NCBI RefSeq assembly: GCF_006345805.1
Contig: NW_021832234.1
Location: forward strand, 1-63,112
Length of the DNA stretch: 63,112 bases
DNA from: Octopus sinensis
Taxonomy: Eukaryota
Direction of reading: 5' to 3'
Shown here: piece after piece, positions 1 to 14,069 of the stretch
Position numbering within the stretch: position 1 is the stretch's first letter
Layout of the letters: the number at the start of each line of letters is the position of its first letter
Made by a program: the position numbers and the translations under genes
The notes under the pieces: model-generated
Told to the model about the DNA's origin: nothing
What the model saw: the letters and a program-made list of their open reading frames with translations, nothing else
Database searches by the model: none

Positions 1-120
1 CGTAAGAGGATATATAGGTCTTTGACAGAAATATGAGTTTATGTGTTTTTTCTTTATCGGTGCAGATAATATGAAGTGTTTCCTTACTTGCTCAAAATCT
101 AAATCCACAATCCACAAAGA

Positions 121-545
121 TACCACCACCACCACCACCACTACCAACATCAACAACAACATTAACAACAACATCAACAACAGCACCCATTATCGTCGTC
201 GTCGTTTATCTTAGTGGAAACGGCTTTAGCATTTTCTACTTGCGACAAATCCCCGCCGTTTTCTTCATCAATGTCATTCTTACGATCTTACCCATTCTCA
301 TCATCATCATCATTATCAACTAATCACCGTCATTTCTATTATCATGATCATTATCGCCCTCGTTGTCGTCGTCATCAACACCATCGTCGTCGTCAACATC
401 ATCATCATCATCAAAATTCCAATCCCCCATCATTTTTATCATTATGATCATCGTCGCCAACGCTGTGGTCGTCATTGTTTTCATCATCATGGTCACCATC
501 ATCATTACTAGCATCAATATCATCATCATTATCTGCTTTTGTTGT
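121..545. repeat. Compound trinucleotide low-complexity tract (CAC/CAA/CAT/CGT)
   Basis: Degenerate triplet runs visible directly; they produce the H/D/S/I-rich ORFs in the track. Confidence 0.85.
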
Positions 546-547
546 TG

Positions 548-1072
548 TTATTATTTTTTTTTTTTTTTTTTTTTTTTTATAGCGTGCTTTCACTTCACTA
601 CCGAGCGCAGCTCTGTGTGCCTTGGGTATGTGCTGTGATTTGTTGTGATGCTTGATGGTTATTGTATGGAAAGTGTTCTGCGTAGGATGTGTGCAGTGCC
701 TAGTAGTGCAATTTTCTGTATTATATGTGTTTGTAAGTCCTGGTGTTTTTGTTATGCATTTGTCTGAATATTTTTTATCATGCCTAATGCACCTACTATG
801 ATAGGAATTGTTTCTGTTTTCAGATTCCACATTCTAGTTACCTCTATTTCCAGGTCTTGTATTTGAGAGTTTCTCCATTTCTTTTAGAGACACGTTGTTA
901 TCTGCTGGTATTGATACATCAATTAGAAAGCATTTTTTCTTCATGATCTCTGACAACTATTTGGTCTGTTGGCCTTAATTTCTCTATCTGTGTGTATCGG
1001 CATATCCCAGAGTATGGTTGCTTTCTCGTTTCTGTGACCTTTTCTGGTGTGTGCCTATACCATCTTTTTTCT
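548..1072 (-). mobile_element. R4/Dong-type non-LTR retrotransposon 3' fragment (restriction-like endonuclease domain), frameshifted, with poly(A) tail
   Basis: Minus-strand translation across frameshifts: KRWYRHTPEKVTE..ATILWDMPIHTDREIKANRP-IVVRDHEEK-CFLIDVSIPADNNVSLKEMEKL...IPIIVGALGMIKK...KIALLGTAHILRRTLS*. This is the PD..D RLE signature of R4-clade elements (established knowledge). Poly(A) at 555-580; (TAA)n at the 5' junction. Confidence 0.85.
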
Positions 1073-1152
1073 GTTGTTTATTATTATTATTATTATTATA
1101 TTATTATTATTATTATTATTACTAATATTGTTATCATCATCATCATCATTAT

Positions 1153-1362
1153 AAGGCAGAATCGTTAGCATGCCGGATGAAATGCTTAGGGATCCATCTT
1201 TACATTCTTAGTTCAAGTTCCGCCGAGGTCGACTTCATCTTTCATCCTTTCGGGGTCGATAAATTAAGTACCAGTGAAACACTGTGGTCGATGTAATCGT
1301 CTAGTCCCACCCCCCCCCAAATTTCAGGCCTAGTGCATATAGTAGAGAAAATTATTATTATC
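1153..1362 (+). mobile_element. SINE family 1 (tRNA-like head, Deu/Nin-like core, tail type A), degenerate
   Basis: A-box GGCAGAATCGTTAG, B-box AGTTCAAGTTCC, core TTTCATCCTTTCGGGGTCGATAAATTAAGTACCAG, (ATT)n tail. Confidence 0.8.
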
Positions 1363-1364
1363 AT

Positions 1365-2432
1365 TACGCCAGTGCATGCAAACTTATTGAGTAGGTATTT
1401 TATGTTGAGCTATGGTACAAGTCTCTTAAAATATCAAGCTGTTTTCTTAAACATTTTGCAGTGTATAGGATGTGTTTTTCTGAAGGTCAACCATTTCTTT
1501 GGTACTGACTCTGCTATCATAGGGAATTACAAAATCTATGACTTAGCACTGCTTGTTTATTTTGTCCTCTCTAATCATAACTGGTATTTTTCCATCAGTA
1601 GTTGTGTTGTAGCGTTGGAACATCAAAGATGTCATAGAACACTTCCATGGGTATTTCGTCCTTGTCGCCACTATTATATCCTGCTGCAAGTTGGTGTAGA
1701 TAAACTATGTAGCGGAGGTTTAATCAATATATTCTCACGACGTACTTCGCGAGACTACGAAAACGCTCTCTCGACTACTACCGACCTCTACTCTTTATGG
1801 CGAAGTATAACGAGATTTTGTAATTCTCGTTTTCTGTTGTTTTGAAGCCACATACTTCATTAATATCACAGTGCACACTTTTGCCTACACAGGTCTACGC
1901 TTTTATTCATTTTGTGCTAGTATACTACACTCAGTCAAAATATGACTGATACTCTCGTCCCCTTTCCAATAGATTCTACATTTGCTGTCTGACTGAGTGT
2001 TGTTCATATTCACCTTTATCAGATTTGGTCTAAGGGCTTGCTTCTGGGCGGCTATAATTAAGATTTCTGCTTCTTGCTTCAAGTTCCCGTCCGTTAAGCA
2101 CGACCAGCGGGCTTCATTTCTAACCTTTTCGGCTTATTGTATGAACTGGCCATGCAGATCGATTCCTTTGCATTTTGTTCATTCTGTTCTTCCTTTCCTC
2201 TGAATTTCTCCTACTGTTTAAATCACATTTTTGGTATCTCTGGCTGCCGAAACTATTCTTTCTTTACTCTGTACAACATCAGTTTTCTGCCTCGGTATTG
2301 CAGTACGAACAGTACTTTCCGCGTTTAGTAATACTCTACCACCTGCCCTTCCTATAGATAGAGTTGATCACTTTTACTTTTGGGATAGAGTGCGTTGTGA
2401 ATTATTTGCAGCTTTCTGGGTATTACTGATGA
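1365..2432 (-). mobile_element. Second, older R4/Dong-type LINE fragment (RT C-terminus, CCHC knuckle, RLE)
   Basis: Minus strand gives GRAGGRVLL, DLHGQF, GNLKQEAEILIIAAQKQALRPNL, DSKCRIYW..ISHILTECSILAQNE, VIDFVIPYDSRVSTKE and LYTAKCLRKQLDI, with many stops and frameshifts. Confidence 0.75.
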
Positions 2433-2620
2433 ACTGGTAGAATCTTTAGCACGCTGGGCAAAATACTTAACAGCTTTTCGCTCTGAGTTCAAACACCGCC
2501 GAGGTCGATTTTGCCTTTCATCCTTTCGGTGTCGATGAATTAAGTAGTAGGGAAATGCTAGGTTCGATTTAATCGACTGGTCTCTTCCCCCAAAATTCCA
2601 GGTTTTGTGCCTTTAGTAGA
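2433..2620 (+). mobile_element. SINE family 1, degenerate
   Basis: GAGTTCAAACACCGCCGAGGTCGATTTTGCCTTTCATCCTTTCGGTGTCGATG core and tail A. Confidence 0.75.
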
Positions 2621-2740
2621 AAGTATTTTTGTTGTTATTGTTGTTGGCGTCACTGATGTTGTTGTTGTTGCTACTGTTGTTGCTTCTGCTGTTATTGTTG
2701 TTATTGTTGCTGTCGTAGTTACTAGCATTATTATTTCGGT

Positions 2741-2950
2741 GGTGAAGTGGCAGAATCGTTGATGCCCTGCACCAAATGCTTAACAGCAACTCTTCCGACG
2801 TTTTACGTTCTAAGTTCAAATACCACCGAGGTCAGCTTAGCCTTTTATCCTTTCAGTGTCAGTGAATTGCAATACCAAACATATTCTGAAATCACTAACT
2901 AACTAAGCATCTCCCGCTAAAAATAGCTGACTTATGCCAAAATTTGATAC
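2741..2950 (+). mobile_element. SINE family 1, degenerate
   Basis: TGGCAGAATCGTT A-box, AAGTTCAAATACC B-box, decayed core. Confidence 0.65.
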
Positions 2951-3344
2951 CGCTATGATTGCTAAAATCTTCAATTATTTCTTCTAGTTTTTCCCAAAAT
3001 TATTTTTCGTAAATGCTTACAAGGGTTCAAGGACGTGTGTTCACGTGTAGTAGCTTCATCTTCATATGTATATTATGTTCATGTGTGGAGGTATCTCTCT
3101 TCTTGTCAGTGTGGGTGAGAAAGAGATAGAAAAAATGAGAGAGAAAGATGGAGATGTGAGAAATGTTGTAACTTAAGATCTTTTTAGGTTTGCTAAAATT
3201 TTTCCTTGAATCTGGAAAGTATATTGAATATAATCGCTTAATTTTGTTTCCACTTTTGACTTCATTTTTCATTTAGGATATTGTTTAGTTTTTGTTACCC
3301 GGCCTGTTAATGATTCTGCCAACTTTCCGCCTAGATAATGAAAT

Positions 3345-3542
3345 AATGATTCTTTCCACTAAGGGCACAAAGCCTGAAACATTGGGGGAGGGGACCAGTG
3401 CGTAACTGGTACTTACTTCATAGACCCCGAAACGATGAATGGCAACGTCGACCTCGGCAGATTTGAACTCAGAACGTAAAGGCGGACGAAATGCGGCAAC
3501 GCATTTTGCCCGACGTGTTAAAAATTCTGCCGGCTCGCTGCC
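3345..3542 (-). mobile_element. SINE family 1
   Basis: Reverse complement of head, core and tail A. Confidence 0.75.
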
Positions 3543-3551
3543 TTAATAATA

Positions 3552-3602
<51 letters not shown>

Positions 3603-3642
3603 TAATAATAATAAAATAATAATAATAATGATAATAATTATT

Positions 3643-3676
<34 letters not shown>

Positions 3677-3863
3677 CGATGACGAGGATGATGACGATAA
3701 TAATAATAATAATTATTATTATTATTATAATAATAATGATAATAATAATAATTATTATTATTATTGTTATTATTATTGTTATTAAGAAGAAGAAGAAGAA
3801 GAAGGAGGAGAGGAAAGAGAAGAAGGAGAAGAAGAAGAAGAAGAAGAAGAAGAAGAAGAAGAA

Positions 3864-3920
<57 letters not shown>

Positions 3921-4085
3921 GAAGAAGAAGAAGAAGAAGAAGAAGAAGCTGATGATGGAAATAATTGTAATAATAATATTATTAAGAATAACATTGATGT
4001 AAAATTGTAATGATGATGATGAGGAGGAGGATGACGACGACGACGATGATTATGTTAAAAATAAATTAATAACAATAACAATAAT
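3543..4085. repeat. Compound microsatellite (TAA)n/(GAT)n/(GAA)n
   Basis: Direct inspection; explains ORFs 3628..4002 and 3782..3994. Confidence 0.95.
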
Positions 4086-4584
4086 AGCCTTGGCCTTTAT
4101 TTGAAATACGTATTTATGAAGTAGAGTACATGTTACTCATTTTTTGCTTCACCTTAATACGGTGGAGTCGGTGGAGTCGGCGGCGGAGAAAATATCAGAA
4201 GGAAGGTGAATGTATATATTCTTTCATAAACTGGACGGGATTTTTTCTTTTTGTTTTTGATTTTTTTTTTTATCTTTTTTTTTTTTTTTGTCTTTAGCAA
4301 TGACATGGTTTTGATGGTTGTAGTGGTGAGGTTGTAAGGGTAGGAAGGGGTAAAGAAGAAAATGGAAGACATAGTGAATGAGAGAGGGAGACACACAGAC
4401 AGACAAGCAGCGATAGAGTGAAGCAGGCAGACAAACTAAGAGTATTATTTTGTGCGTTTTTGAGAACAAAATATGACTTGTGAAAATGAGTCAATTATAT
4501 ATATATATTTTTTTTTCTTTTTACGAGAAATACTTAATGATTAAGACCCCGGAAAAAGAAAGGATGACAATATGGTGAGAATTC

Positions 4585-5165
<581 letters not shown>

Positions 5166-6252
5166 ATAAAGATATGAAAGAAAGAACTGATATCAATGCA
5201 GACATCTAGAAAGATAAAATTAAAATATAAAGAGAGAAATCACGTCCCATCATTGATCCATTTCAATACAAGTTCAATTCAATGTGAAAGAAAATAATGA
5301 GGAAGGAAAGAGGAGAAAAATGAAACTATAGAATTTAATAGAAGTAGAGGCATTAGCTAATTAGCAGAAGGTTTATATAGCCTTAGTGGTTCAACAGAAT
5401 TGTTTACAAATCTGGAACCAAAACATAGTAATTTCTTTACAAATACTCATTGAGTATTTAAAGAACTTTAGTTTGTCCACCAAACTAGAGACGCAGGGTT
5501 TTATGAGATAAGGATGTTAAGGTGAAGAAATAATTTACACATATACACAAACACAGAAGTGTATGTATATGAGAATTAAGGCGCTCCAGGAAGCAATTAC
5601 AAAGAAAATAATAAATTGTATGGCAGATTTTGGCTATTGAGACCATCTTAATATATTGAAACTTTATTCTCTCCAACACAGCCATAAGTGCTATATCATT
5701 TTTCACAACATAGAGGATATACCATTAATTTAGCCCGAACGACCTTAACATCAATTTACGATAGTGTAGGGGGAGTACGGACCCTGCCCATATGCCACCT
5801 ACACATTTCAGGTCCACAGCTCATAAACATTGCTAAATGCCCTTTTCAATGTTATCCGAAAGCAAATCAGAGACGAAAATGAGCCAAGAAACTTCAAACA
5901 ATAATTTCATATATTCCTCTAAGGGATACCAGACAAACCAGCAGTATCTAGATGCATCTCGGTCAACAACAGCTCACTAGTTACATCGACTATAATACTA
6001 AAAAGCCTGTTTGTTTAAAGAAAAAAAAAACTAACATAATGTATGAAGGTAGACCTAATCTGGGCCAATTTTGGCTGGAAATTGATTAAGGCTATTCATC
6101 ATTTTCTCAGTCAAAGGAGAAATAGTAAAATTTGCTCATAGATTTACATATATTGTATATTTTTCTACTCTAGGCACAAGGCCTGAAATTTTGGAATAGG
6201 GGGCCAATTATCTTGATGGATTAAGCGTTTCGCCCGACGTACTAACATTTCT

Positions 6253-6727
6253 TATTTCTTTATTGCCCACAAGGGGCTAAACATAGAGGGTACAAACAAG
6301 GACAGGCAAAGAGATTAAGTCGATTGCATCGACCCCAGTACGTAACTGGTACTTAATTTATCGACCCCAAAAGGATGAAAGGCAAAGTCGAACTCGGCGG
6401 AATTTGAACTCACAACGTAACGGCAGACGAAATACCTATTTCTTTACTACCGAAAAGAGGCTAAACACAGGGGGGGGGAACAAGGACAGACAAACGGATT
6501 AAGTCGATTACATCGACTCCAGTGCATAACTGGTACTTCATTTTTCGACCCCGAAAGGATAAAAGGCAAAGTCGACCTCGGCGGAATTTGAACTCAGAGC
6601 ATAGCGGCAGACGAAACACCTATTTCTTTACTACCCACAAGGGGCTAAACACAGAGAGGACAAGGAAGGACAGACACACGGATTAAGTTAATTATATCGA
6701 CCCCAATGCGTAACTGGTATTTATTTG
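6253..6727 (-). mobile_element. SINE family 1 multimer (two headless ~183-nt units plus a partial third)
   Basis: Repeated GGCAGACGAAATACCTATTTCTTTACTAC junctions near 6420-6450 and 6605-6635. Confidence 0.8.
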
Positions 6728-6771
6728 TTTGTTCCCTCTATGTTTAGCTCCTTGTGGGCAATAATGTTATA

Positions 6772-6950
6772 AGAAACGTTAGCGCGCCGGGCGAAATGCT
6801 TAGCGGTGTTTCGTCTGTCTTTACGTTCTGAGTTCAAATTCCACCGAGGTCGATAAATTAAGTACCAGTTGCATACTGAGATCGATGTAATCGAATGCCC
6901 CGCCTCCTCCAAAATTTCGAGCCTTGTGCCTAGAGTAGAAAAGAACATTA
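6772..6950 (+). mobile_element. SINE family 1 with internal deletion
   Basis: GAAACGTTAGCGCGCCGGGCGAAATGCTTAGCGG head; GAGGTCGATAAATTAAG joins across the deleted core; tail A. Confidence 0.8.
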
Positions 6951-7236
6951 TGTGTGCATTTCCTGTTGCTTGAAAATATTGTATTTTATATAAAAAATAA
7001 TATTGTTTCACATATTTTTGGCTAAAAATATAGATACGGATCGACTAAGGCAGGATAAACAAAAAAAGTGTACTCACAAATACGAACACACATACAGGCA
7101 TATCCATATACATACGTATATATTAATGCATTTGCTATCATTGGATGGACAAAATAACATATCATTTCATGCCTTTATGTGGAACTTGAATGTGGCTTGG
7201 AACGGATTACTCCTATTAATGTGTATTTCAATTAAG

Positions 7237-7650
7237 GGCGGCGAGCTGGCAGAATCGTTAGCACGATCAGGCGAAATGCGTAGCGGTATTTCGGCTGCCG
7301 TTACATTCTGAGTTCAAATTCCACCGAGGTCGACTTTGCCTTTCATCATTTCGGGGTCGATTAAATAAGTACCAGTTACGCACTGGGGTCCAGAAAATCG
7401 ACTTAATCCGTTTGTCTGTCCTTGTTTGTCCCCCACTGTGTGTAGCCCCCTTGTGGACAGTAAAGAAATAGGTATTTCGTCTGCCGTTACGTTCTGAGTT
7501 TAAATTCCGCCGAGGTCGACTTTGTCTTTCAATCCTTTCGGGGTCGATTAAATAAGTACCAGTTACGTGCTGGGCTCGATGCAATCGACTTAATCCCTTT
7601 GTCTATCATTGTTTGTCCCCTTTATGTTTAGTCCCCTGTGGGCAATAAAA
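7237..7650 (+). mobile_element. SINE family 1 dimer (tail B + tail B)
   Basis: Full unit, then a headless unit starting at 7472 after AAAGAAATAG. Confidence 0.85.
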
Positions 7651-8149
7651 AATTTTAAAAAATAATAAAAATAATAAAATATGTATCTCAGTTACTCGTG
7701 TAACGAACAGCTTGGTTAACGAACAAGGCTCTGGAACGCATCATGTTCGAATATAGATGATGATGATGATGATGCTCAGTAAGATGATAACGACGACAAT
7801 GACTACGATGACGATGATGATTACCATAACGACGATGAGGAGGATGAGGAGGATGAAGATGTGGATAATAAAGAAAAAGGATGGAATGGTCAAAGTACAT
7901 CAATAGCAGACAGAGATGAAAAAAATAAATCATTAAATTTTCTAAACATTTCCAGATCTAATTACCTCATGCTTATTAATGAGAGCGCAACATAGAATCA
8001 GTTTAATCAACGTTTGTTTTGCTCACGATTTTCAAATTCTTAACATAATACTTGCCAGGTATTCAATGTTGTTATAGAAAAGCAAAATATTGAAATGTTT
8101 GTTGTTGTTGTTTTCTGGGTAGAAGGAAACCAATACACACATCCACGCA

Positions 8150-8292
8150 CGCGCGCGCACACACAAACACACACACACTCTCTCTCTCTCACCTCTCTCT
8201 CCCTCTCACCTTTCTCTCTCTTTCTTTCGCTCTCGCTCTCATACACAAACTCACACAGACTTACTGACAAACATAAAAGCAAATAGATAGAT

Positions 8293-8345
<53 letters not shown>

Positions 8346-8496
8346 TAGATGGATGGAAGGATGGATGGATGGATGGATGGATAGATAGATAGATGGATGG
8401 GTAGATAGATAGAAATATATATATATAGAGAGAGAGACAGACATACAGACAGACAGATAGACAGACAGATAGACAGATAGATAGATAGATAGATAG

Positions 8497-8539
<43 letters not shown>

Positions 8540-8660
8540 AAGATAGATAGATAAAAGTATATATAGATGTATGTGTGTATGTGAATATACGTGTGCGTCT
8601 ATCTATCTATAAAAATATGTCTATCTATCTACTTTATCTATCTATCTGTCTCTCTGTATG

Positions 8661-8691
<31 letters not shown>

Positions 8692-8700
8692 TTGTGTATA
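8150..8700. repeat. (CA)/(CT)/(GA)/(GACA)/(GGAT)/(GATA) microsatellite complex
   Basis: Direct inspection. Confidence 0.9.
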
Positions 8701-9049
8701 AATGTACGCAAGTGTGCATATGCTATACAAACGAAAATAAAAACAACAAAAATCAAAAGAACGTACACAGTGGATGTATTAGTTTGACGTTCAGTTGAAG
8801 ATTGAAAATGTGTGTGTGTATGTGTGTAGACATGCATAAATACACAGACCAGCCGAAATTGCGAAGATAATCTGGTACTCGACTAAGGAAAGAAAACTTC
8901 GAATGTCCTTGTTTTCTTTGTATCGTCTATCTGGATGTATTGTTGTCCCATTTTTGTATCACCTGTCCGGATGTTTTGCATTCTTGGCCCATTTTGTATT
9001 TTATGTATGTATGTATATATATTTATATATATATATATATATATATACT

Positions 9050-10136
9050 ATGCTGCCAATTTTTTGATGGAATTTTTTTTCTGTAAAAAAACTTCATCCT
9101 ATATTAGTAGTAGACTTATTACTACTCGCTATAGGGACTGGTAACCACTATAAGCTGTAGTGGAGAACAGTTCACACGTATGCTGAGGCTGACCAAAGAA
9201 TTTATTTTTAGATATATCTGGGGTACTTATATGTACTCATGATTTTTGCTTCGGCTTTTTTCCATGGGTGCATGTAAGTATCTTATTTATATCCTTTCGT
9301 ATTTTCTACTGAGGAGGAAAAAATCTATTATGAGATTAATTCCGAAATTGATTCAATAGAGAAATAACGAACTTTTAAAAAAAAATTCTATCGGCCGGCT
9401 TTCCTCGACTTCAGCTCTTCGTGTTTTTTCTGTAGCGAGTAAATAATATGTGGAAATTGACGATTTAAAAGTCTGTTATCAGCATATTGGCATAGAAATA
9501 ATTTTCTTTAGCCCTTATTTATAAGTTGTTCATAATTTTAACCTTAAAGGTATTTTAATATGCTGCCACATTTATTGATGGAATTTTTTTTTCTCTAAAA
9601 AACTTCATCCTATATTAGTAGTGGACTTATTACTACTCGCTATAGGGACTGGTAACCACTATAAGCTGTAGTGGAGAACAGTTCACACGTATGCTGAGGC
9701 TGACCAAAGAATTTTATTTTTAGATATATCCGGAGTACTAATTTGTACTCATGATTTTTGCTTCGGCTTTTTTCTATGGGCGCATGTAAGTATCTTATTT
9801 ATATCCTTTCGTATTTTCTACTGAGAAGGAAAAAAATCTATTATGAGATTAATTCCGAAATTGATTCAATAGAGAAATAACGAACTTTTAAAAAAAAATT
9901 CTATCGGCCGGCTTTCCTCGACTTCAGCTCTTCGTGTTTTTTCTGTAGCGAGTAAATAATATGTGGAAATTGACGATTTAAAAGTCTGTTATCAGCATAT
10001 TGGCATAGAAATAATTTTTTTCTTTAGCCCTTATTTATAAGTTGTTTATAATTTTAACCTTAAAGGTATTTTAATATGCTGCCACATTTTTTGATGGAAT
10101 TTTTTTCTGTAAAAACACTTCATCCTATATTAGTAG

Positions 10137-10138
<2 letters not shown>
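9050..10138. repeat. Head-to-tail tandem repeat, ~510-516-bp unit, ~2.1 copies, between two (TA)n tracts
   Basis: ATGCTGCC..TTGATGGAATTTTTTT recurs at 9050, 9560 and 10076; the units are nearly identical. Confidence 0.9.
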
Positions 10139-10186
<48 letters not shown>

Positions 10187-10816
10187 CAAGACACAGAGAG
10201 AGAGACATGGGTAGATATCTTTACAGAAAAAGGCATGAATATAAATGCTGTCAGAAAGGAACTAGAACTAAGCTATGTACGCAACACGACACATCCAAAA
10301 TATTACTTTTTAACTACATGCGAAAACTCTCAAATAGTTTTTCAATAAATTATACTCTACTTCTTAAGAAGTAAAGGTTGCATTGGATAATCGTATTCTT
10401 TGGAAAAAAGATAGATTGTTATGGCTTAAATACTATAAATTATAGATCATGAATCTTGTAAATGATGGCAGACCTGGGGATGTCTGAGTAAGACAACAGC
10501 AACATACAAAATCCTATTCTGTTGGGTAGCTAAAGAATAGTTCTGGTCAAGAGCACCAAGTTTCAAAATTATTCTACCTGAGATAATTTAATTTCTTTTT
10601 TTACATATATGGTAATTAGAAACTACATTATTAACTGTGTTACTCCCTTTCTAGATGGTAGGATATGATTTAAAGACAATTTCGTTGCTGTTTCTAACAA
10701 TTCAAGTGTACATGTGATAACTTCTGAATTAATCCATACCCTGCTATATTTTATAGAAGATTCAATTAAATAACTTGATGTTAAAGCATTTTCTAACGTC
10801 TTTATTTGCATAGCTA

Positions 10817-11037
10817 TAAAAGAGGTTGCTGAAAAGTTCCTGGCTTTGGATAAAAGAAAATACAGAAGGATCAGTTAATTATGACTTTATTCAATATATT
10901 CCCCTTTCAGATTCACACACTTATTGCAGCACTTCTTCAGTTTTTCTATGTACTGTAAAAGAACTCGGAAGGTTGGACCTCCAAGCAGGCCTTTCACGAT
11001 ACCCTTAATGCCAAGAAATTTCCAGCACCCCTCCGTA
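10817..11037. mobile_element. mariner/Tc1-derived MITE (~220 bp)
   Basis: Imperfect TIRs GAGGTTGCTGAAAAGTTCCTGGCTTT / AATGCCAAGAAATTTCCAGCACCCCTC, TA at the ends, mariner-like subterminal TTATTCAATATATTCCCC. Confidence 0.65.
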
Positions 11038-12674
11038 TTAGGTGGCAAGTTAGCTAAATCGTATAGCAATATCTCTTTTATGTATCAAGTTTATATCGCA
11101 TTCTTGATGGAAGGCATTTAGCTCTTGACAAAAATTTCTTAAAACAATATTTCTTTAGACAAAACCCTGTCTTTCTTTTTGACTAAACTGCATCTTTATT
11201 TTGATACCCTGTTATTTTTTTAATAAAATCTAATCATTCTTTAGAAAAATTCCATGATTATTTTAACAAAATCCTACAATGGTTTCGACACTATGTATTA
11301 TTTTGAACATAAAACTGCATCTAAATTTGAGGCTAGTAATCAGTTACAATATGTCAATTGTCATCTACGAAGCAGAAACTTGAACAGTGTTGACAGCTAT
11401 GATAAAAAAGATAGAAGCCTTTGAAATATGAATCCTTTACAGAGTGGGCAGGATGAACAGGAAAGACTAGGTAACAAATTTGAAGTATATTTGCCACTTA
11501 AATGTGGCTAACCACTAAGGGTGGATGCTACTGTAGCTTATAGCCCCAGGAGAACATCTTCTCCAGCTGGCTGTTGACACACTTTCTGTGCTCTATCAAT
11601 ATTTGCAAAGGGAAGCCATCCTTTCCATCGTCGACCTGACGTGATACGCACAGACCCGAGTTTCTGGGTATTCACCCGCCGTCAGCGCACGACAATCACC
11701 GGTCGTCGATGTGAAGGGGTCCCAATGCAAATATATATATCCTTTTTCCAGTGACGAAAAGTCACTGATCTCGAAAAAGTGTAAACAAGCAGTAGCACTA
11801 AAATGCTGAAAGTCAAAAGGACACCTGTTGTTGAAGATCAAGTCCACAAAGCTATAATAGTTTGGATTGGACCTACAATGCACCACGAGTCGGACCACGA
11901 TCATGCTGACAGAAAGTGGGAAGAGAGCTGAAGCACAGCGAAGTAATTTTCGGACTGGAAACAGGAGCCTAACTGATTGTAGACATGCGGCACAGTACAA
12001 AGGGAACTCGAAAGTCTTGACCAGCTGACCCCTGGAAATGGAGAGCACTTAGTTGGTAGCCGATGAAAAGATCTGCGGCTTGACTAGTTCAGTGACATTC
12101 ATTTTGTGAATAAACTCTGTCACAAACAATTTTTTTGTTTGATTCATCGATGGCCATTATACATAAGTAACATCAAGTTACAAAGAAAAACTATGTGTCC
12201 TGTGAATGCTGTAGATTGTAAAACAAAATAGAATATAAAGAAGTGTGCCATTGGCTAAAGAAATCAATGCCAGTATACAATTTTCCAGGGACGTTCTTGT
12301 CAATCAGAATATCTCAGTCAGAAAAACTCCTAGATGTGATAAGTCCCAGTGTGAGGAAAAGAGAAATTGAAAGTGAAACAGAAAAAGGAATATCATCGGA
12401 AAGAGTGAGATAAAGAGAGAGAGCGAGAGAGAGAGAGGGAGAAAATAATGCGGGAGAGATATCTCTGTTGACCGTCACTGCGTTGTTTATTTGTTTTATT
12501 TTTGGTGGGTTCTTTTTTTTCTTTTTTAATCAAGATGGACATTCGGATAAGAACTGACAGAGAATTTTTTTTATAAAAAAACTATAGAAAATAGAATACA
12601 GAAGAAACACAAAACACACAAAACAAACGACACCAGTAATAGTATATATGCATATATGTGTGTGTGTGAGTGTG

Positions 12675-12729
<55 letters not shown>

Positions 12730-12730
12730 C

Positions 12731-12765
<35 letters not shown>

Positions 12766-13679
12766 CATATATATTTTTATGTATATATATATATGTATGT
12801 ATATATATGTATATATATATGTATGCATGCATGCATGTATGTATGTCATAAAACAACAGAACAAAAAGTACAATAGACCTGCAAAAATTCCAATCAATGT
12901 TACAGATGCATGATATTCGTAACAAGCAAAACGAGACAGTTTGCTAATCCCATCAGATCATTCATTTAGATTTACTTAATTCTTTTTGTGTATTTGTTTT
13001 TTTTTTTTTGCTTATATACTTATCTTTTATCTTCTTTGTTCACTGAACTTTCAAAGAATTTTTTATTTATACTTTTGTTATTCACAATTGAGGACGTTTA
13101 TATTATACACTAGGCTGACTAAAGACAAATAGATTTATTTGTTATTTATTTATTGTTACAAGAATCCATTTTAATAAATTGAATTTAAAATTCAATGATT
13201 AATGTATATGTGTGTATGGGTATATTTATGCATGTGTGTATATATATGCATATATGTGTATGTATGTATATATATATATGTATATATGTGTGTGTGTGTG
13301 TGCGTGTGTTTATGAATATGGATATATATATACATATATACATACACATATATGAATATATATATTCGCATATATATATGTATATATATATGCATATATA
13401 TATATATATATATATAATATATATATATATATGATTACATATGTACATATGTGTGTGTCTGTATAGAATGAAACCAAATCATGCGAAGTACATGAACCTA
13501 TATTATTTTCAATGTTATAATTATCAGTAAAGTGGTGAGCTGATACAATTGTTAGCACACTGGACAAAACACACCAGCATAGGTTGTCAAACTATGCTTG
13601 TGAGGACAAATACAGTCACACAAACATACACACACACATAAAAATATACATACATGCACACACACATACACACACACAC

Positions 13680-13717
<38 letters not shown>

Positions 13718-14069
13718 TACAATGGGCTTCTTTCCGTTTCCGTCTACCAAATCCACTTACAAGATTTTGGTTGGCCCGAAGCTATACTAGAAGACTGAAC
13801 CCGGAACCATACGGTTGGTAAGCAAGCTACTTACCACACTGCCTCTCCTGAGGGCATTTCATTCGTGTTCACATAGCGAGTTCAAATACAGTTAAGGTTG
13901 GCTTTGCTTTTCATCCTTTCAGTGTCGATAAAATAATACCAGTTCAGCACTGGGATTGATATAATCGATGTACCCGCTTCCCCAAAATTGCTGGCCTTGT
14001 TTCAAAATTTCAAGCTATTATTATGATTAACATTAAGCTGGTGAGCCGGCACAACCGTTAGTATTCCAG

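Noticed and set aside
411-830. 139-aa minus-strand ORF
   Set aside because: Mostly out-of-frame R4-type sequence plus poly(A) and triplet repeats.
10623-10811. 62-aa minus-strand ORF next to the mariner MITE
   Set aside because: No recognisable motif, and it cannot be joined in phase to neighbouring open segments.
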